Origin: an uncultured Candidatus Saccharibacteria bacterium
GTDB lineage: Bacteria > Patescibacteriota > Minisyncoccia > Phycocordibacterales > CAIZLB01
Direction of reading: 5' to 3'
Length of the DNA: 64,000 bases
Assembly (NCBI GenBank): GCA_964607805.1
Contig: CAZSLF010000001.1
Coordinates: 12,811 to 76,810, forward strand
Part shown: positions 1-7,244 of the stretch, piece by piece
Layout of the letters: every line of letters begins with the position of its first letter
How positions within the stretch are numbered: the first letter of the stretch is position 1
Notes under the pieces: generated by a model
Told to the model about the DNA's origin: nothing
Database searches by the model: none
Seen by the model: the letters and a program-made list of their open reading frames with translations, nothing else
Translations under genes and position numbers: made by a program

Positions 1-633
1 ATTCATAAGGCCACCTGTCACTTTTTCTCTAAATTCTGAAAAGTCTTTCTTAGCTTGTTCAACTATTTTATCCAACTCAATACTATCTATCGGTGTACCA
101 TCATCTTTTGTAAGAGGTTCTCCATTTTCTTTCTCAGCCATCTTTAAATATCTTTTAACAATTGTATCGATTGAATCAGGACTATCTCTATTAATATAAT
201 ATCTCTTGTCGTCATCCGCATCTAACCAGCCCCTTGAGACATTATCATCTTTAAAACTATACTCAACTTCAAGCAACCTGTTCATGTCATAAATGATCTG
301 CAACGACTCTGGGACTTGATCAGAAATATCAACAATCTCAAGTTCCACCTTATATTTTTCTCCAGGACCTTCTTGGCCGAATGAATAATTTACAGCGCCA
401 ACAATCTCTCTCCTCTCCACTTTTTCTTTAGAATGAACATCTTCATTTGAGACATCTCCTGTCGGACGCTTCTTGTTATTCTGGCGTATAAAATCTTTTA
501 TATGTTGCGCTAATACATACTTCAGAGTCTTTTTCTTTTCTTCAAGCAAAGCCTTACGCTCTGACTTATCTGTATCCTTCAATTCTTCTGCGAGGTCATC
601 TCTGTGTTGTTGTGATTCGAAGCTAAATTTCAT
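1..633 (-). CDS. Hypothetical protein, truncated by the window edge (first 211 codons present)
   Basis: Manual reverse translation from the ATG at complement 631-633 gives MKFSFESQQHRDDLAEELKD...EFREKVTGGLMN with no stop down to position 1. It is absent from the ORF track because it runs off the window. No family motif recognised. Confidence 0.6.
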   Translation of the reverse strand, partial: MKFSFESQQHRDDLAEELKDTDKSERKALLEEKKKTLKYVLAQHIKDFIRQNNKKRPTGDVSNEDVHSKEKVERREIVGAVNYSFGQEGPGEKYKVELEIVDISDQVPESLQIIYDMNRLLEVEYSFKDDNVSRGWLDADDDKRYYINRDSPDSIDTIVKRYLKMAEKENGEPLTKDDGTPIDSIELDKIVEQAKKDFSEFREKVTGGLMN

Positions 634-714
634 GAGTCTGATTTATATTCAAATTATACCACATTTATATCTCCAGCACTTGAATCAGCTAGTTATTCCA
701 AAATAGCTCGAATT

Positions 715-840
715 GGCGGGCCCACGAGGACTCGGTCACGAGTTAAAATTGCTGCGCAATTTTCCTCTCGACCCCGCCTCCTCGTTTTGCTTCGTCGCTT
801 TGCTCCTCTTTGCAAAGCTTCGTCCGGCTTTCTCGTCCCA
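715..840 (-). repeat. tRNA-linked structured element, copy E1 (downstream of tRNA-Trp)
   Basis: Shares ordered blocks with 3036-3147. In RNA sense these are GAGAAAGCCGGAC, a variable hairpin (797-803/812-818), GGAGGCGGGGUCG, and the hairpin AAAAUUGC/GCAAUUUU (745-752/756-763). It ends with a 19-nt copy (716-734) of the tRNA-Trp 3' end (898-916). Confidence 0.7.
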
Positions 841-858
841 GTATTGCCCTTAGGTAAT

Positions 859-893
859 TAAAAAAGCCCATGCATTGCATGAGCTTTTTTAAT
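859..893 (-). terminator. Hairpin flanked by A and T runs, directly after tRNA-Trp (possibly bidirectional)
   Basis: ttaaaaaagcccatgca/ttgcatgagcttttttaa is an inverted repeat with a T-run on either strand. Confidence 0.6.
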
Positions 894-898
894 TACTG

Positions 899-970
899 CG
901 GGCCCACGAGGACTCGAACCTCGAACTGCGCGTTTGGAGTGCGATGTTTTACCATTGAAACTATAGGCCC
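899..970 (-). tRNA. tRNA-Trp (anticodon CCA)
   Basis: Hand-folded cloverleaf. Acceptor GGGCCTA/TGGGCCC, D arm GTTT..AAAC, anticodon loop CTCCAAA, T arm CGAGG-TTCGAGT-CCTCG, discriminator G. The anticodon stem has only 3 Watson-Crick pairs (TCGCA/CGCGC). No encoded CCA. Confidence 0.8.
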
Positions 971-1152
971 AAATTTTCCGCTCTTCTGCCCTGATGCCAG
1001 GTATTCTTCTCTGTCCTCATTCCCCATTTTCCAAACTTAAAAACGTGTCTACTATAGCAATTTAAAGCCTAAAAATCAAAAATACCGAGCCTTTTTGAGC
1101 TATCGGTACTTTTGTGCTTTTCGCCAGTTTTTTATGCCTCTAAGGCTTAAAA

Positions 1153-1305
1153 TTACTTAGATTCAGTAAAATCTACTCGCTTTCTAAGTTTAGCGCTGTA
1201 TTTTTTAAGGACGATTTTCTTCTCTACCTTCTTCTTATTCTTTCGAGTTCGGTAGATTTCGCCGGTCTTCTTATTGACCAATTTAATTAGTTTATCCTGT
1301 GCCAT
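1153..1305 (-). CDS. rpmG: 50S ribosomal protein L33
   Basis: A 50-aa ORF below the ORF-track cutoff: MAQDKLIKLVNKKTGEIYRTRKNKKKVEKKIVLKKYSAKLRKRVDFTESK. This fits the typical L33 pattern (..Y.T.KNK......L.KY......V.F.E.K). A hairpin plus T-run lies downstream at about 1081-1115. Confidence 0.85.
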   Translation of the reverse strand: MAQDKLIKLVNKKTGEIYRTRKNKKKVEKKIVLKKYSAKLRKRVDFTESK

Positions 1306-1350
1306 GGTGGCTATACTACCATATTTAGTTGTTTTGGCAAATGATAGTTA

Positions 1351-1381
1351 TTGACAAAATGCAAAATTGTGACACTATACA
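1351..1381 (+). promoter_or_regulatory. Sigma70-like promoter for the 1447 cassette
   Basis: TTGACA at 1351-1356 and an A/T-rich -10 candidate (ACTATA/TATACA) 17-19 nt downstream. Confidence 0.45.
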
Positions 1382-1446
1382 AATGGCTCTTTTCAACCAT
1401 TCAGAACGCTAGACACATTCAGTAAACTCTAACCACATATACGATC

Positions 1447-1812
1447 ATGAATACTATCTACGGAATCTATCAAGTGCTAGGTGGAGACCAGGCTACCCCT
1501 AAAATGCCCGGGTGGATGATTCTCTTCTTCATTTGCCTACTTATTAGCACGAGCAGACTATGCGCTGCGTGCTTCCTGGATGCAGCATCGATCAAACGAA
1601 ACACTTGGCTAACACGTTCGCTGGCCTTGCCAGCAGCGCTCGGGTTTATGTCATCTCTCTGTATACACGGGCTTGCTGCCTCGATGTTCCTTACATTGGT
1701 GTTGCTTCCGAGTGCAGGCGCTCCAATTGGAGCAGTCTTGCCGACATGTCTGTTTGGGATATTGAGCAATGCTATCTTCGTATCCAGGTTCTTTCGAGGC
1801 GTTTACGCCTAA
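1447..1812 (+). CDS. Hypothetical small membrane protein (GC-richer cassette)
   Basis: 121-aa ORF with several hydrophobic segments, bracketed by a promoter (1351) and a terminator (1839). Overlapping ORFs in other frames probably reflect local GC richness. See findings for the coding-versus-RNA ambiguity. Confidence 0.5.
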   Translation: MNTIYGIYQVLGGDQATPKMPGWMILFFICLLISTSRLCAACFLDAASIKRNTWLTRSLALPAALGFMSSLCIHGLAASMFLTLVLLPSAGAPIGAVLPTCLFGILSNAIFVSRFFRGVYA

Positions 1813-1838
1813 CTTATTACTCATTTTCATGAGTGCGA

Positions 1839-1873
1839 GCTCCGACCTGATTGGTTGGGGCTTTTTTATTTTT
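1839..1873 (+). terminator. Rho-independent terminator
   Basis: Stem gctccgacc (1839-1847) / ggttggggc (1853-1861) followed by ttttttattttt. Confidence 0.7.
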
Positions 1874-1882
1874 AAAATTTTC

Positions 1883-1910
1883 TTGACATACCCTACTTCC
1901 AATATATAGT
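1883..1910 (+). promoter_or_regulatory. Sigma70-like promoter for the 1948 gene
   Basis: TTGACA at 1883-1888, 16-nt spacer, TATAGT at 1905-1910. Confidence 0.45.
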
Positions 1911-1947
1911 TGCAGGAAAGTTCATAAACAACTATCCCCCCATTTTC

Positions 1948-2265
1948 ATGAAAAATCTAAAAGGAAATAAAAAGAGAGGAACGCACTCGACGGCTATTGA
2001 ATTAGCGGAGCGACTGGTTTTGATGATTCAGAAGAATACTTTGATAACAGGAGTTCAACTTGGGCAGATTAAGACTGGTGCGAAGGCAAATGGAATTCAT
2101 CGCATAAAAATTGAGAAGACAAGTATTGGATTTAAGTTGCAAATTAAGGAAGGACAAGCGGTGCAGATTGTGTATATTTATACGAAAGATTTTGAGGAAG
2201 TTTCTAAGGTGATTTCTGAAGCAGCGAAGGAGTTGCATGCGGAAGTTGTTTTGAGGAATGGGTAG
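1948..2265 (+). CDS. Hypothetical protein
   Basis: 105-aa ORF with its own promoter-like signal. No recognisable motif. Confidence 0.55.
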   Translation: MKNLKGNKKRGTHSTAIELAERLVLMIQKNTLITGVQLGQIKTGAKANGIHRIKIEKTSIGFKLQIKEGQAVQIVYIYTKDFEEVSKVISEAAKELHAEVVLRNG

Positions 2266-2402
2266 GTGTGGGATTTTAGATTAATGGCAACCCTTGAGCT
2301 CTTGCCAAATATACAATTCAATGTTACTTTCTCTGAGGTTAAGGTTCCCTACACCTCACAAAGTATGGCTGAGCTATCAGTGAATAGCTACCAGAACATC
2401 CA

Positions 2403-2693
2403 ATGGCTAATGAAATTGTGGCTGCAAATCGTATGCAGAAAAAAGAAATACTGAAGCGTCTCAAAGAGCTGCAGGTTGGTACCGTCGTTCGATTCCAAGG
2501 AACGTCATACGAGCAAGCGATCACCAGCGAAGAGTGTCAATTCTACATGATCTACGCGATTCAGCCTGCGCCGGCTGCCGGAAGAGTACGACTCGTCTCG
2601 CTTGACGGCAAATTGGCTATCGAGCGCGATGATTCGCACTTGGTGCACGCTCACAATGTCATGTTTCAAATCGAACCGTGCGCCAGTGAGTGA
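2403..2693 (+). CDS. Hypothetical protein (GC-richer cassette)
   Basis: 96-aa ORF followed by a strong terminator at 2713-2737. No recognisable motif. Confidence 0.55.
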   Translation: MANEIVAANRMQKKEILKRLKELQVGTVVRFQGTSYEQAITSEECQFYMIYAIQPAPAAGRVRLVSLDGKLAIERDDSHLVHAHNVMFQIEPCASE

Positions 2694-2712
2694 AAATGGC
2701 TATGCCATACGG

Positions 2713-2737
2713 GACCCCAAAGGTTGGGGTCTTTTTT
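2713..2737 (+). terminator. Rho-independent terminator
   Basis: GACCCCAA (2713-2720) / TTGGGGTC (2724-2731) followed by TTTTTT. Confidence 0.8.
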
Positions 2738-2744
2738 GTTATCC

Positions 2745-3020
2745 TTATATTCCAGCAAAATAAGTTACATAAACAGCAATAACAAAAAGAAAAATAGCAA
2801 ACACCAGAGGAAACCATAGAAAATACATAAATATTTTATGGTTATATTTTATGGCTATTAACATAAACCAGATAATTGTACCGAACACTAAAGCAAAAAA
2901 TATTGATCCGTAAATATTATTATTGTTAATATTCTTATTCAAACCAAAAATATCAGTCATATATGCGAAAGCAATGACACCAAGTGAGGCTGGTTTAATG
3001 TAGTCTAAAAATATTTTCAT
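2745..3020 (-). CDS. Small integral membrane protein
   Basis: ORF 2745..3128 trimmed to the internal start MKIFLDYIKPASLG (ATG at complement 3018-3020). The longer N-terminus would read through repeat element E2. Three hydrophobic segments; AT-rich. Confidence 0.6.
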   Translation of the reverse strand: MKIFLDYIKPASLGVIAFAYMTDIFGLNKNINNNNIYGSIFFALVFGTIIWFMLIAIKYNHKIFMYFLWFPLVFAIFLFVIAVYVTYFAGI

Positions 3021-3035
3021 GATTTTATTATATAT

Positions 3036-3147
3036 GGCGAGCAGGATTCGGTCACGCGTTAAAATTGCGATGCAATTTTCCGCGCGACCCCGCCTCCCAG
3101 ATTGCACTTCGCTTCGCTCACTGCGCAATCTGGTCCGGCTTTCTCAT
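3036..3147 (-). repeat. tRNA-linked structured element, copy E2 (downstream of tRNA-Tyr)
   Basis: Same block order as E1: GAGAAAGCCGGAC, hairpin CCAGAUUGC/GCAAUCUGG (3097-3105/3125-3133), GGAGGCGGGGUCG, and hairpin AAAAUUGC/GCAAUUUU (3061-3068/3072-3079). It ends with a 12-nt copy (3039-3050) of tRNA-Tyr T-arm sequence (3215-3226). Confidence 0.7.
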
Positions 3148-3161
3148 CAACTCAATACAGC

Positions 3162-3207
3162 AAAAAATTAAGACCTACATACTGTTGTATGTAGGTCTTA
3201 ATTTTTT
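3162..3207 (-). terminator. Long perfect hairpin with flanking A and T runs after tRNA-Tyr
   Basis: aaaaaattaagacctacata ctgt tgtatgtaggtcttaatttttt. Confidence 0.65.
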
Positions 3208-3208
3208 G

Positions 3209-3292
3209 TGCGTAGAGCAGGATTCGAACCTGCGTAGCCCAATGGGCGATTGATTTACAGTCAATTGCGATTGACCACTCCGCCATCTACGC
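3209..3292 (-). tRNA. tRNA-Tyr (anticodon GTA), long variable arm
   Basis: Hand fold. Acceptor GCGTAGA/TCTACGC, anticodon arm ATTGA-CTGTAAA-TCAAT, variable arm CGCCCATTGGGCTAC, T arm GCAGG-TTCGAAT-CCTGC, discriminator A. No encoded CCA. Confidence 0.9.
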
Positions 3293-3394
3293 ATAACCGA
3301 CTAAGTAGGCAAATCGGAGCAATTAGCTTTCGAATAACCCACCGGCCTCGGAACGGAAGCTATCCTAACATTTTTTTAAGCCACTGAAAAGGCT

Positions 3395-4087
3395 TTAAAT
3401 TTTAGTAAGTGAACCTCCTTCAAACTTAACTTTTATTGTTGATTCTGTATTCCACTCTGAATTGTCGAGGAAATTCATTCCAAAAAGAGTAATTATATTA
3501 TTACTGATTGAAGCGCTTTTAATTGTTGTGCGTAGGCCATTTCCAGCATAGAAATTATTGTTTGGCATAACAAGCGTAGCTTTTCCACTGGCTGAATTTA
3601 TTACAACATCCAAATTATATGAGCAATTGGGATCACAATATGTAGTTTCAAGAATTGCGTCCTGCAAACCGTCGCTATTCAAATCACCTCGAGCTAAAAC
3701 TTTTGCAGTTTGATATGTTCCTGATTTGTTTGATGCTTGCTTATTGCTAAAATTACCAGTACTTACCAATCTCATAGCCTGGTTAGCCTCAAGATTGGAA
3801 TTAAAAGCCTCGATAATTTTACTATCAACCATAACTCCAGCTGTAACAATTGTTTTATTTGCCGGAGAGGCTGGTTCGGTAGCTAATTTCGTAGAATCTA
3901 TTTTAGCGTCAACAACCTTGGAATTTGTAGAAGATGAATTTAATGTTGTAGTAGATGCGTTTGAATTTTCTTCTACACTATTATCAATATTAATATTAGC
4001 TGCACCTCTTGAATTAACTGCGAAGATAGTACCCACAACTAGCAGCAAGAACACTATTACTAATATAATTATATTTTGTTTTTTCAT
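3395..4087 (-). CDS. Secreted or membrane-anchored hypothetical protein
   Basis: 230-aa ORF. N-terminal hydrophobic anchor MKKQNIIILVIVFLLLVVGTIFAV and a Ser/Thr/Asn-rich linker. It carries a DxNxDGxxD-like segment (GDLNSDGLQDA). Confidence 0.7.
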   Translation of the reverse strand: MKKQNIIILVIVFLLLVVGTIFAVNSRGAANINIDNSVEENSNASTTTLNSSSTNSKVVDAKIDSTKLATEPASPANKTIVTAGVMVDSKIIEAFNSNLEANQAMRLVSTGNFSNKQASNKSGTYQTAKVLARGDLNSDGLQDAILETTYCDPNCSYNLDVVINSASGKATLVMPNNNFYAGNGLRTTIKSASISNNIITLFGMNFLDNSEWNTESTIKVKFEGGSLTKI

Positions 4088-4118
4088 TTTTGATGATTTA
4101 CTTATTTATTCAATTACT

Positions 4119-7100
4119 TTATCGCACTTTTGAGGTTTTTGGTTTTGAATTTGTCTTGACTACATCAAGGTTGTCAATATTGCTGTCTGAGTCATTGTCA
4201 ATATTATTTTCATCTTCACTTGGATTATTTGTTGCACCAGAGTTTGCGCCAATATTTTGGTTTCCACTAGCGTTGCCGTTGCCATGACTAATTAACTTTT
4301 TACCTTTCTTAACTTCGAAAATAAATTCAACTGGACTCTGAGATCCACCCTCTCGAGAGTAGCTAGCTCGAAGATCTGCAAATGTATTAACGCCAAATTC
4401 CATAGACTTGATAGGTGACTTAATTTTGCCAGAATTTTCGGCTGATGATTTGTCGCCTTTTCCATCGGAACCCTTACCCTCCTTTCCATTCTTCCCTTCC
4501 TTTCCGTTTTTCTTCACGCTAACAGAAACTGTCCCACCCTTAAGAACTCCTTCAGAAATTATGAGGGATGCCATCGGTGTCAAAATTTTGTTTTGAATCA
4601 AACGCTTGAGAGGACGTGCACCATAGTGAGGATCGTATCCTTCCTTCGCAAGATATGTAAGCACGTCTTCAGAAAGTTCAAGTGTAATTTCTTTTTCACT
4701 AAGTCTTGCTCGAACTTTTTGCAACTCAATATCAACAATATTTCTAATTGCTTCAGGACTTAGGATATCAAAGAGAACAATTTCATCGATTCGGTTCAAG
4801 AATTCAGGACGGAAATGATCTCGCAAAGCCTCCATAACTTTCTGCTTTGAGTTTTCATAGTTTTCTTTGTCGCGAGCGTTGCCATCTACACCCTTCAACT
4901 CATCTGCATCGGCGCCGACATTAGCATTGAAGCCAATTGATTGCATACGATCGATAAATTGTGCACCAATATTAGAAGTCATTATGATAATGGTGTTCTT
5001 GAAATTAATTGTTCGTCCCTTTGAATCTGTAAGACGACCGTTGTCCAAAACCTGAAGAAGGATATTGAAAATCTCCGGATGAGCTTTCTCAATTTCATCG
5101 AAAAGAATTACTGAATATGGTCTATGTTTTACAGTTTCAGTTAGAGATCCGCTGTCCTCATGGCCAACATATCCTGGTGGGGCACCAATTATCTTAGATA
5201 CTGCATGTTTTTCCATATACTCAGACATATCTACACGAATTAGTGCCTTCTCATCGTCGAACATGAATTTCGCAAGAGATTTTGTAAGCTCAGTTTTTCC
5301 AACTCCAGTTGGTCCAAGGAATATGAAAGATCCGATTGGTCTATTTGGATCGTTAATACCAGCACGTGATCGCTTAATTGTATCTGCAACTTTAGCAACT
5401 GCAGCATCTTGTCCAAGAATTGATTTCTTTAGATCTTCTTCAATTCGTGCCAACTTCTGAACCTCTTCTTCGAGCATCCGAGTAACTGGAATTCCAGTCC
5501 ATCGCGCAACAATTGTTGCAATATCATGCTCTGTAATTTCTTCTTTCAAAATTCTTCTTGAACTTTGTAGTTTTTTAAGTCTCTTTGTTTTGTTTTCCAA
5601 ATCTTTTTCAAGAGCAGGCAATTTTACATATCGAATTTCCGCAGCTTTTGATAAATCGGCATGTGCCTCCGCCCGATCTGCATCTAATCGCAAAGTCTCT
5701 AATTGCTTTTTGATATTTTTAATATCTGAAAGAGTTTCCTTTTCATTTATCCACTTAGCTTCTACTTCTGCGGTCTTCTGCTTAAGATCTGCAATTTGAG
5801 TCTCGATTTCTTTAATTCGAGTCTTTGTATTTTTATTTGTCTCAGACTCTTTCTTAAGCGCTTCACGCTCAATTTCAAGACGCATAACTTTTCGATGTAC
5901 ATCTTCAAGCTCTGGTGGTTTGTTTTCAAGTGCAATTTTAAGAGAAGATGCTGCTTCGTCGATCAAGTCCACTGCCTTATCTGGCAAAAATCTATCGCTA
6001 ATATATCGACTAGACAAAGAAACCGCTGCAATTATCGCATCGTCTGTAATTCGAACACCGTGATATAGCTCATATTTTTCTTTAAGTCCTCGCAAAATTG
6101 CTACAGCATCTTCAGTTGAAGGTTCTTGAACGTATACTGGTTGAAATCGTCGCTGTAGCGCTGGATCCTTTTCAATATGTTTCTGATATTCCTTTAGAGT
6201 TGTTGCACCAATTGCACGTAACTCGCCACGGGCTAACGCAGGCTTTAGCATATTTGAAGCATCGAGTGATCCTTCTGCAGCACCAGCACCTACAATTGTA
6301 TGAATTTCATCGATAAATAGAATAACTTTACCATCCGACTTCTCAATTTCTTTTAAAATATTCTTCAAACGCTCCTCAAATTCTCCACGATATTTAGTTC
6401 CAGCAATTAAAATTCCAAGATCGAGAGAAACAAGCTCTTTTTCTTTAAGAGATTCAGGAATATCACCCATTGCAATACGATTCGCCAATCCTTCTGCAAT
6501 TGCAGTCTTTCCAACACCTGCTTCACCAATTAATATTGGATTATTTTTAGTTCTTCGAGAAAGAATCTGAATTACACGATTAATTTCTGAATCACGACCG
6601 ATAACAGGATCTAATTTATTTTCACGAGCAAGAGCAGTAAGATTGCGAGTATATTTGACAATGGCCTTCATCTTTTTACTCCCCGTATTTTCAGCAGTTG
6701 GCTTTGCCGCTTTCAATTCAGAAATAGTTTCAGCAATTGCGCCCCGCTCCAATTTAAATTTTTGAGATAAAAGCTCACGCCCCGAGCTCGCAACGTCAAA
6801 GAATGCCAAGAACATATGTTCCACTGATACAAAATCATCTTTCAAAGTAGCCGCAACACGCGCCGATGTTTCAATAATCTGAGCAAGCTCAGGTGTAAGA
6901 TATAACTGGTATGAAGGTGACAAAGTCTGTCCGCCTTCACCTGTCTCAATAGCCTCCAAAACAGTGTCTGTGAGTAAAATAGTATCCACCTCAAGCTTAT
7001 CAAGCACAGAAAGCACCAAACTATCCTCCTGAACTAGCAAAGCAGTCAAAAGATGCAGAGGATTGACGTTGTTCTGTCCCCTTTCTATGGCTAATTCATG

Positions 7101-7154
7101 GGCTTTTTTAATCGCTTCTTTAGCTTTTGTCGTAAAATGGCTTAGTGGTGGCAT
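4119..7154 (-). CDS. clpB: ATP-dependent chaperone ClpB with a long low-complexity C-terminal extension
   Basis: Clp N-domain, NBD1 Walker A GEAGVGKT and Walker B ILFIDEIH, a long coiled-coil middle domain, NBD2 GPTGVGKT / [10 protein letters not shown], and sensor-2 GARPLKR. At 1011 aa it is about 150 aa longer than typical ClpB. Confidence 0.95.
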   Translation of the reverse strand: MPPLSHFTTKAKEAIKKAHELAIERGQNNVNPLHLLTALLVQEDSLVLSVLDKLEVDTILLTDTVLEAIETGEGGQTLSPSYQLYLTPELAQIIETSARVAATLKDDFVSVEHMFLAFFDVASSGRELLSQKFKLERGAIAETISELKAAKPTAENTGSKKMKAIVKYTRNLTALARENKLDPVIGRDSEINRVIQILSRRTKNNPILIGEAGVGKTAIAEGLANRIAMGDIPESLKEKELVSLDLGILIAGTKYRGEFEERLKNILKEIEKSDGKVILFIDEIHTIVGAGAAEGSLDASNMLKPALARGELRAIGATTLKEYQKHIEKDPALQRRFQPVYVQEPSTEDAVAILRGLKEKYELYHGVRITDDAIIAAVSLSSRYISDRFLPDKAVDLIDEAASSLKIALENKPPELEDVHRKVMRLEIEREALKKESETNKNTKTRIKEIETQIADLKQKTAEVEAKWINEKETLSDIKNIKKQLETLRLDADRAEAHADLSKAAEIRYVKLPALEKDLENKTKRLKKLQSSRRILKEEITEHDIATIVARWTGIPVTRMLEEEVQKLARIEEDLKKSILGQDAAVAKVADTIKRSRAGINDPNRPIGSFIFLGPTGVGKTELTKSLAKFMFDDEKALIRVDMSEYMEKHAVSKIIGAPPGYVGHEDSGSLTETVKHRPYSVILFDEIEKAHPEIFNILLQVLDNGRLTDSKGRTINFKNTIIIMTSNIGAQFIDRMQSIGFNANVGADADELKGVDGNARDKENYENSKQKVMEALRDHFRPEFLNRIDEIVLFDILSPEAIRNIVDIELQKVRARLSEKEITLELSEDVLTYLAKEGYDPHYGARPLKRLIQNKILTPMASLIISEGVLKGGTVSVSVKKNGKEGKNGKEGKGSDGKGDKSSAENSGKIKSPIKSMEFGVNTFADLRASYSREGGSQSPVEFIFEVKKGKKLISHGNGNASGNQNIGANSGATNNPSEDENNIDNDSDSNIDNLDVVKTNSKPKTSKVR

Positions 7155-7197
7155 AATTCGATTATAGCAGATATCAGAGGTTATGGAATATCTAGCA

Positions 7198-7234
7198 AGT
7201 AAAAAGACCCGAGCGCTTAAAGCTACTCGGGTCT
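7198..7234 (-). terminator. Rho-independent terminator (minus sense; weaker on plus)
   Basis: agacccgag (7205-7213) / ctcgggtct (7226-7234). The minus-sense read is followed by UUUUU (complement of 7201-7205). Confidence 0.7.
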
Positions 7235-7244
7235 TGTTTGAAAA

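Noticed and set aside
715-840. E elements as hammerhead or twister ribozymes, or as degenerate tRNA genes
   Set aside because: E2 contains UGAUGAG-AAAG, and all copies have AAGCCGGA...GGAGGCGG, reminiscent of twister boxes. But the helices required between the boxes (hammerhead stem II, twister P4 5' strand) are missing. There is no anticodon arm or complete T-arm, so they are not tRNA pseudogenes in any simple sense.
971-1000. aaattttccgctcttctgccc upstream of tRNA-Trp as a fifth E-element fragment
   Set aside because: Only about 10 nt (aaattttcc) resemble the hairpin-B edge of the E family. None of the other blocks follow, so it is probably chance.
2745-3128. The full-length 127-aa ORF as annotated in the ORF track
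   Set aside because: Its first 36 codons (MRSERSEVQSGRRGRAENC...) are a read-through of repeat element E2. The hydrophobic protein begins at the internal Met (3020).
4292-6316. Numerous 60-90 aa ORFs inside or antisense to clpB (such as 4408-4596, 5796-6068, 6098-6316)
   Set aside because: All are embedded in the strongly supported 1011-aa ClpB frame and have low-complexity or improbable sequences. The same reasoning applies to ORFs nested in gyrA, valS, infB, the ABC exporter and the 829-aa gene.
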